From Carpediemonas membranifera BICM (Eukaryota; Protista; Fornicata): a stretch of DNA of 64,000 bases. The notes under the pieces are model-generated. The model searched no databases. It was not told the DNA's origin and worked only from the letters and a program-made list of their open reading frames with translations. The translations under genes were made by a program, and so were the position numbers. This document shows, piece by piece, positions 19,625 to 30,584 of this stretch. Each line of letters starts with the position of its first letter. Positions within the stretch are counted from its first letter, which is position 1. The stretch covers positions 444,373 through 508,372 of the forward strand of contig JAHDYR010000007.1 of NCBI GenBank assembly GCA_019828565.1, in the 5' to 3' direction.

Positions 19625-22600
19625 ATGCCACGAGGCGATGATTCCGCATATGATGTGATCATATCGGGACCTTTGTTCAAGACAAGTGATAACGGCATGA
19701 AGAATTGGAAGAAGCGACATTGTATTCTGTTTTCCGATGGCGTGCTAAAGTACTACGCAGCAGAGGGAGATACAAAGCCCAAAGGCGTTGTAGGGATACA
19801 GAAGGCTGAGATCGTGGTATCTAACGCTGACGAGGTCTCCAAGGATTTCTGTTTCCAAGTGAACACTGGTGGACGGCTCTTCTTCTTTGCCGCAGACACC
19901 GAGGACGAGATGCAGGGCTGGCTCGAGACCCTCATTGACCTCCAGACCGCTCTGGGCGATGAAGCTGGTGCGGTAATGAACCCCATGTTCTCTGCCCCTG
20001 ACGTCGCCGTCGATCTCGGACAGGGAAAGACCGACGAAGACCAAGACGACGCGGTCGACGCGAAAGACTCCTCGGCCGCCTCCAAGACGGCCAAGTTCGC
20101 AGCGGGTGTGAGCGCCCGCACCAAGCAGCTTGAGCGAGAGCAGGCATCGCTCCCCCGCGACATCGGCCGCACGCTGACCCAGACGCGGTATCACACGCTG
20201 TTCAACCTGCCACGGGAAGACCTGCTGATCTTCGTGACCCGTGCGCACGTGTCAATCACGCACGTCGGGGTTGACGTCGAGGGCGTCGACGAGTCGCTGG
20301 GCACCGGGGGCCAGCTGATGGTCGGGCTGCACCATGTGGCGTTTGACTCGAAGGCGGGGGCGAGGGGCATGGTCAACTTCAATCAGATGACTGAACTAAT
20401 TAGATACGACCGTGTGAACAAGGTCGAGCTCGAGGGCACCCTTCACCACACGGTCACCCTCGCGCTTGCCGACAGACGCGTCAAGATCTCCAAGATCTCC
20501 ACCAAGGACCGCATGGTCTGCTGCATGATCGAGGACCGTGTGGCGATCGCCCAGGGCCGCCGACCACCCTCCATCGCCACTGACACCCCCACAAAGGCGG
20601 CCATGGCACGGCCCTCCCGGTCGTCCTGGTGCCGCATGCTTTCAAGCAGGGTGACCGGCGGCAAGGGCTGGAAGGAGCGCTACGTCGTGCTGTACCGCGA
20701 CGTCCTCGTCTGGTACAAGTCCTTCTCCCAGTGGACCCCCACCAGCGTCGTCCGGCTCCAGGATTGCATGGCCGAGCGGGTCGACGAGATGGTCGGTAAG
20801 CCCAAGTGCGTCGGCATCTTCTTCTACAAGCAGCGGTGCGTCATCATCCGACTCAAGTCCGACGCCGAGGCTGACCGCTGGGTCGTCTCCATCAACCAGA
20901 ATCGAGCGCCCCTCTCCGACCCCTCTCTCGCAGAGGCCCTCGAGTCGTACGTCAGAGCTCCGTCGCTGCACACCGTGTTCGCGTCCACACTTCTCTTTGC
21001 ATCGTTCGAGGTCGAGCTCGGCGACGCAGTGGTTGAGGCATTTACCGCGCACCTTAAGGTCAACCCAACGGCTGGCACGCTCTTCCTGACTCGTAGAAAC
21101 GTGTACTTCGTCAGCAACAAGATCCTGGGCGGCAAGCTCAAGGACCCGATCCCGTTTGACGCCATCCGCGACATTCGGACGCGACCGGTCATCGGCGGGC
21201 TGGAGATCGTCACTGCCGACCACAAGTACTTCTTCTCGCGTGTGGATGGTGTCTCCCGTTGCCTGACGATTCTCTACGATCTCGTCGCCATCGCTGTCGG
21301 CGAGGAGCCCCCCTCTGTCACTGCCGGGTCGCCCACGACTACCTCCATCGCCGAGTGCGAGCGATGCGGCTGGATGCGGAAGTGTGGACCCAAGGGCCGC
21401 TACTGGAACCGGCGCTACTGCATCCTGTACGGCGGCATCCTGTGGTACTACCGCTCCCCGGCCGGACTCGTGCCGTTTGGGTCGGTTGTGCTGGAGAAGT
21501 GCATCGCCGTGCCCGCGGACCGCATGATTGGGCACCCGAACGCACTCGCCATCATTTTCTCCCGCACGCGGACGTTCTTCTTCAAGGTCGCCTCCGCGCA
21601 ACTCCGGGATGAGTGGGTTGACGCCATCAACGGCGCCATCCCCAAGGGCTCGATCAACCCGACTCTACAGGCCACCCTGCAGGAATTGGCGGCGTGCCAG
21701 GACAAGCGCCGTGTTCGAGAGACGGGCGAGCTCATCAGGGCGCTCAACTTGAACGAGGACATCGTCATCATCTCGTGCAGGGCCATGCTCGCCATCCCCC
21801 CCTGTCCTGGGCGCCTATTCATCACCCGGAACAACGTGTGCTTCGTGGGGCAGACGCCCATCATCCAGTCGAACACCAGGGAGGTCATCCCCTTCACGGA
21901 CATCGTGTCGGTCTCGTCCAAGCTCAACGGGCTCGTCGTGCAGGGCACCAAGTCCAGCCAGACCTTCACATTGCTCCCCCCGGCGACTCCCGACCCGTTT
22001 GTCCGGCTCTGCACCGATCTCACGGCCCTCCACCACGGGAAGGTGCCCCCAACCGTGACCAAGGGCACCCCGCCCGCCGCTGTGCTCGTCAACGCCACGG
22101 CGTACGGCTACCTCGACAAGTTCCCCCGCACTAGCGCCAACTTCGAACTCAAGGCGCGGGCCGGGGAGCTTTGGAAGCGGCGCTGGGTCTCGCTGGATGG
22201 CACCACGCTCTACTACTACAAGGACACCGCGGGCCTGGTTCCCAAGGGCTCCGTGGACCTCAGCAAGTACAGCTGCATCGTCCATACCGCCCATAGAGTG
22301 CTCGGCATCGACAACACCTTCGCCATCTTCTTCGCCACGGAGATGCCCTTCTTCTTCCGGGCCTCGGACAGCAGAGTCATGCGCTACTGGATCGACAAAC
22401 TCAGCGCCGCCTGTCCAGAGCTCCCGATGGCCGACCGCCGCGACCTCGAGAAGCAGGCAACCCAGTCGTCCCTTGATCAAATGATCAGCGAGGATAGGAT
22501 GAATCAGATGTTCGTGCTGCCCTCGAACGACAGGCTGGTCGACACAGCCGACTGTGCGCTGTTCAAGCCGTCGATCGGCGTGCCAATCCAGGGTAAGATC

Positions 22601-25600
22601 ATTGTCACGTCCTCGTCCCTGTGCTTCTACTCCCACATTCCCCTGTTTTCCTCAGCAAAGGTCCAGATCGCACTCAAGGACATCGAGGACATCCGTCCGC
22701 AGCAGATCATGGGCGTCTCACCTGGCCTCAGGGTTCGGACGAGGGAGGGGCAGTACCGGTTCATGCAGATGATTCAGCGGCAGCGCATCCTCAAGTTCCT
22801 CAGAGACACCGTCGCCGCAGCCGCTGGGCGCGAGCCGCCCTCTCTTCGGACCGCCAAGCCGACCACCTTCGCATGCGTCTCCCGCGGCGTGCTCACCGGC
22901 TACCTCGACGCCATGGTGCCCTCGAGCCAGGGCGAGCAGTTCCTCCAGAGATGGTGTGCCATCGTCGACGGCCGCATGATGATGTTCAAGGACAATACCA
23001 GCACGGAGCCCCTCAGGATTATCCCCCTCGAGGCGTGCGTGGCCGTCGCAGGCAAGAAGATCACGGGCAAGGACCGGTCATTCGCCATCCTCTCCCTACA
23101 GGGCGCTAACATCGCGTTCAAGACGGCTCACGAGGACGTGGCCGCCGCCTGGGTGGAGAAGATCAACAGCAACCTCCGCATAGCCCTCAACGAGGAGGAC
23201 TCTGCGCACCTCAAGGAGATGTCCCTCACGGCCGACGCCACGACGCTGTTCAAGCTCAACGACGTCTTCGAGCGGTTCGAGCTGGAGTCGGGCCAAGTCA
23301 TTGTGTCACAATACCCCTGCACCCTGGTCCGCACGATGTCAGTCACGGGTCGACTCATCATGACCCAGAGCTACGTGCTCTTCACGGCCAGCTCGTTGTT
23401 CTCGTCCTCTAAGCTGCAGATACCGTTCAGATACATCCAGGACATTCGGGCGGACTCGAACCACGCCATCGCTATCGAGTACCGCAAGCCCAAGCAGGGC
23501 GTCATTGACCCATACAAGACGGGCGGCGAGCAGTACGCCAGAGACGTAGACAGCGACTCCAGCTCTGACTCGGATAGTGACTCGGATAGCGAGTCGGAGT
23601 CAGAGTCGGAGTCGGAAGCTAGCTCGGGCGTGTCTGACTCCGACGACGAGGAGGAGCGCGAGGAGAACTTCATTGAGAACACGGAGCCGACCACTGTGAC
23701 GTTGAGCGGCTTTGGCAGCAGAGACGCCGTGTTTGACGAGATCTCAGACGCCTGGGCTATCATGAAGGGAGATCTGCCGCCCTCCCTCCTCCGCGGCGCC
23801 CCCACGAAGGCCAGCCTCCGCGACGCCGACATGGAGGGCAACATAGATGTGCTCAACCGGCCGATGACCGCATGGGACCAGCACCAGGTGATCGTCAAGT
23901 ACAGATCAATCATCATCATGGCCAAGTCCGTCGGTGACGCCGGTGGTAAGAAGCAGCCACCTGTCCTGCGCATGATGTCACTCAGAGTGTGCCGCCTCAT
24001 GGACGGGTCGACTCTGACCGCCACGCGATGCACTCTCGGCGTGTTCTCCATTCAGAAGCCGTCCAGCCCCGTCTTCCTGCGGTTCAGAGACGAAGAGGAG
24101 CTCGCCGACTGGCGCATGATCATCGAGGAGCAGATCGGCACCGTCACCCCCGAGGACGACGCCCGACTCAAGGCCGCCACCGAGCAGGCCATGGTCGGCG
24201 GTGACGCCACCGAGTTCCTCAAGGCAAATGAGCTGCCCGATGACACGGTTGTGCTCCACACGCAGCGCGCCGTCTGGTCCCCCAAGCACGGCCTACCGCT
24301 TCCCGGCATGCTGCTGCTCACGGAGACGCATTGGGGCTTCTACGGCAAGGTCATGTCGAGGGAGGAGACCGCGGCCCACCAGTGGGAGAACACGGAGGCC
24401 GTGACCGGCAAGGCCGTCCTCCCGTCGACCGTGACCAACGCTCTCGTGTTCCAGCTCAGACCAAAGAGCGAGTGGCTCGACGACCCGAGGGTGACCGAGC
24501 TCAAGCCGGCTGATACGCAAGAGAAGGAGGATGTGCGCAAGCCCGACGTCAATGGCCTCACAGTCGGCGAAATTTCCGACACTGACTCTGACTCCGACTC
24601 TGGCGACGAGTCGGACGGCACGGACATGGTAGGGTACATCGACAACGAGATCACCGAGTCCGGCTGGGGCAAGGCCCGCAGCGTGCTCAAGGCCGCCTCA
24701 GTGCTCGGGGCCCTCGGGTCGACCCACCTCGCTGACCAGATCGAGGTGACCATCTCGGGGCTGCCCGCCGCCCGCCAGGCCCAGATCCTGTCCGCAGACC
24801 TGCTCGCCCTCGGGGCCGGGGTGACCCCGCCCAGCTCAGCGGCCCAGCTTCCGTCGGCGGTCATCCACCGCGAGTACCTCAAGCGCGGCCACGTCATGGG
24901 CGCGGTCATCTCCGACCGGGTCGAGGAGCCCGTGATCCCGCCATCTCAGTGGCACCGGTCGTACATGGTCGTCGCGGGGAGCTTCCTCTACGTGTACTCG
25001 GCGCCTGACGACTCGGCCCCGGGCGACATCGTCAACCTCGCCGACTGTCTCGAGGTCACACTCACTAGTGCGACCCTGGCGAAGGTCCAGGTTGCCGAGG
25101 GATCGGACAGCGAGTCAGAGGACGAGGCGGCGTATGCATCGGATGACGGCGACAGCGACTCTGAGGGCGGGTCGGTCATGCGGCGGTCGTGCGTCATCAT
25201 CACCCGCCCAGACGCCAAGGAGCGTCTCTTAGTGCTCGGCTCAGACGACGCTGACGAGGTGCAGGCCTGGTTCGACGTGCTCGAGGGCGTGTGGGACTCC
25301 TACAAGCCCAAGCTCAAGAAGCTCGGCGTCATGTCCCACGAGGACTCGGACGGCCGCACGGTCGACGAAGCGCTTCCCACGCGCCACCAGGTCGTGCCGC
25401 TCCGGTCGCTCCAGGTCTCCCTCGGCGGTCTGTTTGGCAAGGGCACGCTCAGCTTGATGAAGTCGCTCGACACACAGTCGATCATCGTCAGGCTGACCCT
25501 GAAGCGGAAGAAGGAGCACCGCTTCTACGCTCACGAGATGCTTGACATCGACATGGACGAGGATGCCGTCAGCGGTAGGGTCGTCATCAGCTACCAGCGG

Positions 25601-25708
25601 CCGGATGCTCCCAAGCCCGTGAGGCTGCGGATGAGCAGCGCCGACATCCAGGGCACGAGAGATGTCCACCGCATCCTATCGGAGGCGATGTGGATGTCGC
25701 AGGATTAG
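19625..25708 (+). CDS. Giant multi-PH/GRAM protein, PH-(GRAM-PH)x6
   Basis: Repeated W..R..V/IL PH motifs alternate with G.L.(I/L)T...V.F GRAM motifs; recurring G..PPS linker; start at MPRGDDSAY. Confidence 0.85.
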   Translation: MPRGDDSAYDVIISGPLFKTSDNGMKNWKKRHCILFSDGVLKYYAAEGDTKPKGVVGIQKAEIVVSNADEVSKDFCFQVNTGGRLFFFAADTEDEMQGWLETLIDLQTALGDEAGAVMNPMFSAPDVAVDLGQGKTDEDQDDAVDAKDSSAASKTAKFAAGVSARTKQLEREQASLPRDIGRTLTQTRYHTLFNLPREDLLIFVTRAHVSITHVGVDVEGVDESLGTGGQLMVGLHHVAFDSKAGARGMVNFNQMTELIRYDRVNKVELEGTLHHTVTLALADRRVKISKISTKDRMVCCMIEDRVAIAQGRRPPSIATDTPTKAAMARPSRSSWCRMLSSRVTGGKGWKERYVVLYRDVLVWYKSFSQWTPTSVVRLQDCMAERVDEMVGKPKCVGIFFYKQRCVIIRLKSDAEADRWVVSINQNRAPLSDPSLAEALESYVRAPSLHTVFASTLLFASFEVELGDAVVEAFTAHLKVNPTAGTLFLTRRNVYFVSNKILGGKLKDPIPFDAIRDIRTRPVIGGLEIVTADHKYFFSRVDGVSRCLTILYDLVAIAVGEEPPSVTAGSPTTTSIAECERCGWMRKCGPKGRYWNRRYCILYGGILWYYRSPAGLVPFGSVVLEKCIAVPADRMIGHPNALAIIFSRTRTFFFKVASAQLRDEWVDAINGAIPKGSINPTLQATLQELAACQDKRRVRETGELIRALNLNEDIVIISCRAMLAIPPCPGRLFITRNNVCFVGQTPIIQSNTREVIPFTDIVSVSSKLNGLVVQGTKSSQTFTLLPPATPDPFVRLCTDLTALHHGKVPPTVTKGTPPAAVLVNATAYGYLDKFPRTSANFELKARAGELWKRRWVSLDGTTLYYYKDTAGLVPKGSVDLSKYSCIVHTAHRVLGIDNTFAIFFATEMPFFFRASDSRVMRYWIDKLSAACPELPMADRRDLEKQATQSSLDQMISEDRMNQMFVLPSNDRLVDTADCALFKPSIGVPIQGKIIVTSSSLCFYSHIPLFSSAKVQIALKDIEDIRPQQIMGVSPGLRVRTREGQYRFMQMIQRQRILKFLRDTVAAAAGREPPSLRTAKPTTFACVSRGVLTGYLDAMVPSSQGEQFLQRWCAIVDGRMMMFKDNTSTEPLRIIPLEACVAVAGKKITGKDRSFAILSLQGANIAFKTAHEDVAAAWVEKINSNLRIALNEEDSAHLKEMSLTADATTLFKLNDVFERFELESGQVIVSQYPCTLVRTMSVTGRLIMTQSYVLFTASSLFSSSKLQIPFRYIQDIRADSNHAIAIEYRKPKQGVIDPYKTGGEQYARDVDSDSSSDSDSDSDSESESESESEASSGVSDSDDEEEREENFIENTEPTTVTLSGFGSRDAVFDEISDAWAIMKGDLPPSLLRGAPTKASLRDADMEGNIDVLNRPMTAWDQHQVIVKYRSIIIMAKSVGDAGGKKQPPVLRMMSLRVCRLMDGSTLTATRCTLGVFSIQKPSSPVFLRFRDEEELADWRMIIEEQIGTVTPEDDARLKAATEQAMVGGDATEFLKANELPDDTVVLHTQRAVWSPKHGLPLPGMLLLTETHWGFYGKVMSREETAAHQWENTEAVTGKAVLPSTVTNALVFQLRPKSEWLDDPRVTELKPADTQEKEDVRKPDVNGLTVGEISDTDSDSDSGDESDGTDMVGYIDNEITESGWGKARSVLKAASVLGALGSTHLADQIEVTISGLPAARQAQILSADLLALGAGVTPPSSAAQLPSAVIHREYLKRGHVMGAVISDRVEEPVIPPSQWHRSYMVVAGSFLYVYSAPDDSAPGDIVNLADCLEVTLTSATLAKVQVAEGSDSESEDEAAYASDDGDSDSEGGSVMRRSCVIITRPDAKERLLVLGSDDADEVQAWFDVLEGVWDSYKPKLKKLGVMSHEDSDGRTVDEALPTRHQVVPLRSLQVSLGGLFGKGTLSLMKSLDTQSIIVRLTLKRKKEHRFYAHEMLDIDMDEDAVSGRVVISYQRPDAPKPVRLRMSSADIQGTRDVHRILSEAMWMSQD
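23548..23655 (+). repeat. Low-complexity (D/E-S)n coding repeat
   Basis: GACTCGGATAG / GAGTCG tandem units encoding DSDSSSDSDSDSDSESESESE. Confidence 0.7.
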
Positions 25709-26562
25709 ATTTGTAAAGTATGATTCCGAATGATGCGGGGATTGCTTGCTCTGATTGGCATTGCTGTTCAGCGAAATACTCACTGAAGGTTGTGGTATTC
25801 ATCAACTGATTACCCCCTCGACGTGTGTTGGCCGCAGGTGTCGTTGATCTCGCCAAAGCTCTACCTCTGAAAGAAGCGTCTAATGCAGATCGCTCGGTAC
25901 CGGGAGCAGTTTCGACGGGTCGGAAAATTCAATCTCGGGGTGCATGTCGGGGTTAGTCGAGAAGAGGCAGCATTTATCGAGACTCGGCCAACCAGCATGT
26001 CTTGATGTCATTCATGACTGATGTTCATTCGCGCTTTGTACGGTCAGTGTCCACGGTGCAAGACCTGACACTCAGACTCACCCCATCTGGCACTCAGCTC
26101 AAGTAAATGGGTCAGCCAGATCGGAGAAGTCTTCCCCGGCATGGCGTAGGGTCGCGAGTCTGTCTCAACCATGAGAACAGACAGAATGCCCTCCGTTTCA
26201 GTGACCAACACACATCTCACAGTTATCTGGCCACTACTCTTTACCCCAGCCTATACCAACAACTTTACCGGGTTAAGTGCCCTTACACGATCTGCTGATG
26301 CTTCTACTAGCGACTCAACATAAACTGCACAGTGTCGCAACTGAATCATTCAAAGAAACCCCCGAGTGTCTGGACGGATGTGTTCATAGGCTCTGTTTGT
26401 ACTTGCCTCCTCGTCGTCGGTAGATCGGCGACCGCGGTGGCATTTGAATCAGACCCAGCTCTGAGTGTAAGAACAACACTAGTCGCCCTTCGACACGCCT
26501 TAAACGTGAAACGGCCATACCGTGACCTATTGCGCCCCAGTCCAACGATATAAGTTGATCAT

Positions 26563-27801
26563 TTAGAGGTTCTTGGCCATGGCAACGCACTTGTTGATGC
26601 CGTCCTCGAAGGAGGTAGCCTCGGTGTACTTCAGGCCAGACTCCTTGAGGATCTTGCGGGCCTCGATGCAGTCAGTGCCGTCGAGACGGATGACGAGGGG
26701 CACGTCGATCTTGACGACCTTGATCGCCTCGAGGAGGGCTCTGGCGACCATGGCAGTCGACACGATGCCGCCGAAGATGTTGATGAACATCAGCTTCGTG
26801 TTGGGGTTCTTGGAGACGAGGCGAAGGGCCTCCTGGGCAGTCTTCTGGTTCACACCGCCGCCGAGGTCAAGGAAGTTGGCAGGCTTCCCGCCAGCGAGCG
26901 TCATGTAGTCCAGCGTGGCCATGGCGAGGCCAGCACCGTTGACGACACAGCCGACGTTGCCGTCAAGGGTGACCCAGTTGAGGTCGTGTTTCATGGCCTC
27001 GAGCTCGAAGGGGTCTTCCTCAAGGGGGTCGCGCATCTCGAAGATATCGGCCTGGCGGTACTCAGCGTTGTCATCGAAATTGAACTTGGCGTCAAGGCAG
27101 ATAGCCTTACCCTCGGTGGTCTCGGCGAAGGGGTTGATCTCGACCTGGGTGGCGTCGGTCTCGATGAAGACGTTGTAGAGCTTCTGGATCTGGTCAGCAG
27201 CCTGGGGAACGCTCTTCTCCTCGAACTTGAGGCCACGGGCGATGTCCATTGCCTGCTCGGTGCTCATGCCGGCGTTGATGTCGACGGGGAACTTGAGGAT
27301 TGCGTTGGGGTTAGTGTGGGCGACAGTCTCGATGTCGACACCACCCTCGGTGGAGGCAACGATGACGGGGCCGCCGAAACCGCGGTCCATAAGGATGGCG
27401 AGGTACATCTCGCGCTTGACGGGGGCAGCGTCCTCAAGGTAGACGGTGCGGACGAGACGGCCGTCGGGGCCAGTCTGCTTGGTAACAAGAACCTCGTTGA
27501 GCATCTTGGAGGCGAGCTCGCCAGCCTCCTTAGCAGACTCAGCAAGCTTCACACCGCCCTTGAAGCCCGACTTGAAGACGCCAACACCACGGCCACCAGC
27601 GTGGATCTGTGACTTGACAACAAGCTTCCCGGAGCCATTGGCAAGGACTTCCTTGGCCTTACGCTCGGCCTCAGCGGGCGTAGCGGCGGGCTCACCGATC
27701 ATGGTGTCAACACCAAAGGACTTGAGGAGGCCCTTGGACTGATACTCGTGAATGGACAGGTTTCTAACAAAACTAAGGCTCTTAGTCGTGCAGGAGAGCA
27801 T
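26563..27801 (-). CDS. Succinyl-CoA synthetase beta subunit with short organellar presequence
   Basis: LSIHEYQSK, KSQIHAGGRG, EINP, NGAGLAMAT, PANFLDLGGG, NIFGGI; leader MLSCTTKSLSFVRN. Confidence 0.97.
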   Translation of the reverse strand: MLSCTTKSLSFVRNLSIHEYQSKGLLKSFGVDTMIGEPAATPAEAERKAKEVLANGSGKLVVKSQIHAGGRGVGVFKSGFKGGVKLAESAKEAGELASKMLNEVLVTKQTGPDGRLVRTVYLEDAAPVKREMYLAILMDRGFGGPVIVASTEGGVDIETVAHTNPNAILKFPVDINAGMSTEQAMDIARGLKFEEKSVPQAADQIQKLYNVFIETDATQVEINPFAETTEGKAICLDAKFNFDDNAEYRQADIFEMRDPLEEDPFELEAMKHDLNWVTLDGNVGCVVNGAGLAMATLDYMTLAGGKPANFLDLGGGVNQKTAQEALRLVSKNPNTKLMFINIFGGIVSTAMVARALLEAIKVVKIDVPLVIRLDGTDCIEARKILKESGLKYTEATSFEDGINKCVAMAKNL

Positions 27802-27984
27802 TTCGAGGAATGATGGTCAACATCGGTCCTGCACGAATATGAGGCGCACACGATTCAGCACAGTTGACTCAGTACAGTGCAAGGAGTCTTGCAGAGACGC
27901 AAGCAGTGCCATGAAGCATTCTTTGTCGCGAGCCACAGTTTTTGCCGTCGGCTTGAACCCCCATGAGCGCACTACAATAAACAT

Positions 27985-28995
27985 TTATGACCGAGCGATC
28001 TCCGTGACGAGGCTGTTGAACACACGCTGCTGGGCGGGAGGGAGTCCCTCGTAGTACTCCTGGACGTCAGCAACAGCCTCGGCCTTGAACACCTGTTTGG
28101 CCGCCTCAGTGAGCTTGGGACCAGGCTTGGCGGCAGCCTGCTTGGTGATCCTCATGCCGGTCGAGTTCATGCTCTGCTGGTACTCCGTCTGGACGTAGAA
28201 CTTGGACCATGCGGCCGAGTTCTCGAAGAACGGCGGGGCCTTGTGGAGGAGGCGTTCCTTGAACGAGTTCATCACAGCCTTCTCCTGCTCGGACATGGTG
28301 GGCGGCGGGGGGCGCTGGTACGCGCTTCTCATGGTCGTCCTGTTGTCCGGGAAGAGCACGAGCTCGTCGGGTTCGGCCTCAGGGGCAGACGTGAACTTGA
28401 ACGTCGCGGGTTCGAGGCTGGGCATGGGCTTCTCGTCGTCTCTCACCAGCCGGGCTCTGGTGCGGGGCGGGGAGACGCGGGCCCGCATGGCCTGGTCGGG
28501 GCCCTTGGCGTAGTCACGGATGTACGTCGTCTTCGCGTGCTTGTTGCGCCAGTCCGTCACAGAGCTATTGCCGGTCTTGTTGTCGAAGCTCATGCTATGC
28601 ACCTGCGTGGCGGGCTTCGTCGAAACGCCGAGTCGCTCGATGGCGGGACGGGGCTGGCGAGACTGGCGACGGGGAGAGGGGCCTGCGGGTGCGGTCTTTA
28701 CGCGCTCGATAGACTGCTGGCGGGCGAAGGCGTGGAGAACAGGGCTGGGCTTGAAAGTTTGCTTTCCGCGCGTCGGCGTGCGAGCGGGAGGAGTCTTGGT
28801 CTGCTCAGGAATGCTCTCACCAACGTTAATAACGCTTGGAGATTGATGAGAAGAAGCTTCAGCGGCCTGCGGACGAGCGGATTTCTTGCTTGCGGAGAAC
28901 TTCGAGATATCATTCACCATCGAGGTAAAAGTCATTCGATCAAACGAATGTGCCGAATGCGCCCAACGCATGGAGGCATCCTGATCATTAAGCAT
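27985..28995 (-). CDS. Hypothetical protein with Mn/SAXO-like microtubule-inner-protein motifs
   Basis: TTYIRDY, TTMRSAYQ and TEYQQS motifs in a disordered background. Confidence 0.5.
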   Translation of the reverse strand: MLNDQDASMRWAHSAHSFDRMTFTSMVNDISKFSASKKSARPQAAEASSHQSPSVINVGESIPEQTKTPPARTPTRGKQTFKPSPVLHAFARQQSIERVKTAPAGPSPRRQSRQPRPAIERLGVSTKPATQVHSMSFDNKTGNSSVTDWRNKHAKTTYIRDYAKGPDQAMRARVSPPRTRARLVRDDEKPMPSLEPATFKFTSAPEAEPDELVLFPDNRTTMRSAYQRPPPPTMSEQEKAVMNSFKERLLHKAPPFFENSAAWSKFYVQTEYQQSMNSTGMRITKQAAAKPGPKLTEAAKQVFKAEAVADVQEYYEGLPPAQQRVFNSLVTEIARS

Positions 28996-29657
28996 TGAGC
29001 TCATCGTGGAATTTTGACGCTACAGCCGATACGACTTATACTGCGAAAATAGGGTTCAAGTCTTCCGAGAGGACCCGTGCAGTGTGGAACATGGGATGTA
29101 GCACCGCAGACGCCGGGGAAAATAAGCAGTTTTTTCGATGCCCTTGTGCGCTCGCCTGGGCCCGAGGCAAACCAGCGAGCAGTGCGGACCTATGGTTCAC
29201 TGATGCTCTTGGCTAGCAAACTGTGGCAATCAGGGAGAAGCAGGCCATGCAGACTGGGCCGGCCGGCTGGACCCGTGTCAGTCTGCCACCGCACCCCCTC
29301 TCTTCCGGTGGACGGGACCAGGGGGGTTCATCCACCGCACACTGGCACCAGTAACTGGTGCCACGGATGCTGTAGACATTAGACTGCGGACGAAAGTGAC
29401 AATCAGTCACATGGCACTGTGACGCGCACCCACATGGCCATATTGCAATGGATCCTGATGGATGGGCTCCAACTAATTGTTAGCCTTGAGAACATCAAGA
29501 GACTCGAGCGGTTGCTCGACAGGCTTGAGGAAAGAAAAGAGAAAGAGAGGAGAAGACGAGAGAACTCCACGAGACTCGAAGAAATGGTAAAGGAGGAGGT
29601 GCTGGCTCTCATGGAGGCCAAAAAGCATCAGGGGACCACACATAGCTAAACAGGGCT

Positions 29658-30302
29658 TTAGATATAGATGGGCGTCCGGGACTCTCTGCCGATGGTGCTG
29701 TCATCGCCGTGCCCGGGGATAACTCGCGTGTCGGCAGGCAGCTTCTTGAGCTCCTTCAGGCTGGCCTTCAGTGTAGGCCCGCTGCCACCCCACAGGTCGG
29801 TTCGCCCCTGCCCGCCGGCAAACATGGTGTCGCCGGTGATGACGACCTTGTTGGCCTCACTGTAGAAGCACATGGACCCGGGGCTGTGGCCGGGGGTGTG
29901 CATCGCCTTGAATGAGACGGACCCCACGCTGATCTCATCGCCGTGGCGGATCGTGCCGGTGTGGGGCGGTACAGGGGTGGTGCGCATGCCGAACATCTTG
30001 CCCTGCTGCTCGATCTTGTTGTACAGCTCGACATCCTCCTGGTTAATGAGGACTTCGACGTCAGGGAACGCGTCCTTGATACCCTTGACTCCCTGAATGT
30101 GATCAAAGTGCCCGTGAGTGAGAACAATGGCCTTGGGAGTCATCTCATCATCGATTTGCCGCATGTTCATCATGATCTTGGCGTGCTGGTCGCCACAATC
30201 GAACAAGAGGCATTGGTTGACAGCCGTATCGGCAACAATGATACAGTTGGACTGAAGATCACCAACTGCGACCTTCTTAATCACAAGAGTGGCGAGGCTC
30301 AT
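29658..30302 (-). CDS. MBL-fold metallo-hydrolase, YcbL/GloC (glyoxalase II-like)
   Basis: THGHFDH, HTPGHSPG, TGDTMF.GG.GRTDL.GG, PGHG. Confidence 0.9.
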   Translation of the reverse strand: MSLATLVIKKVAVGDLQSNCIIVADTAVNQCLLFDCGDQHAKIMMNMRQIDDEMTPKAIVLTHGHFDHIQGVKGIKDAFPDVEVLINQEDVELYNKIEQQGKMFGMRTTPVPPHTGTIRHGDEISVGSVSFKAMHTPGHSPGSMCFYSEANKVVITGDTMFAGGQGRTDLWGGSGPTLKASLKELKKLPADTRVIPGHGDDSTIGRESRTPIYI

Positions 30303-30584
30303 GAATAACGTGTAACGTGAAAGTGACGGTGCAGTTTATGCGATGAGAAAGCTGTAGTAAATACAAGCGAATGAGTGCTCGGAAAAGCCATACTGACCTT
30401 TTTGTGGACCAGAATCCATTATTTCCAGTCTCACTCTGCCCAACCCTGGTTTCACTGGAGACAGCCAGCCTTGTCCATGCGGCCAAAGCCCTGCATTCAC
30501 ACCTCCAAACCCCCTCAACTAAGCACAGCTTGCCTGGACCGTCGAGTCGACGAAGTTGCCACAGGGCAGGGAACATCAACACTG

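Noticed and set aside
29419-29649. 76-aa charged ORF, and the 90-aa ORF at 59319-59591
   Set aside because: No recognisable motif and weak codon bias; cannot be supported without expression data.
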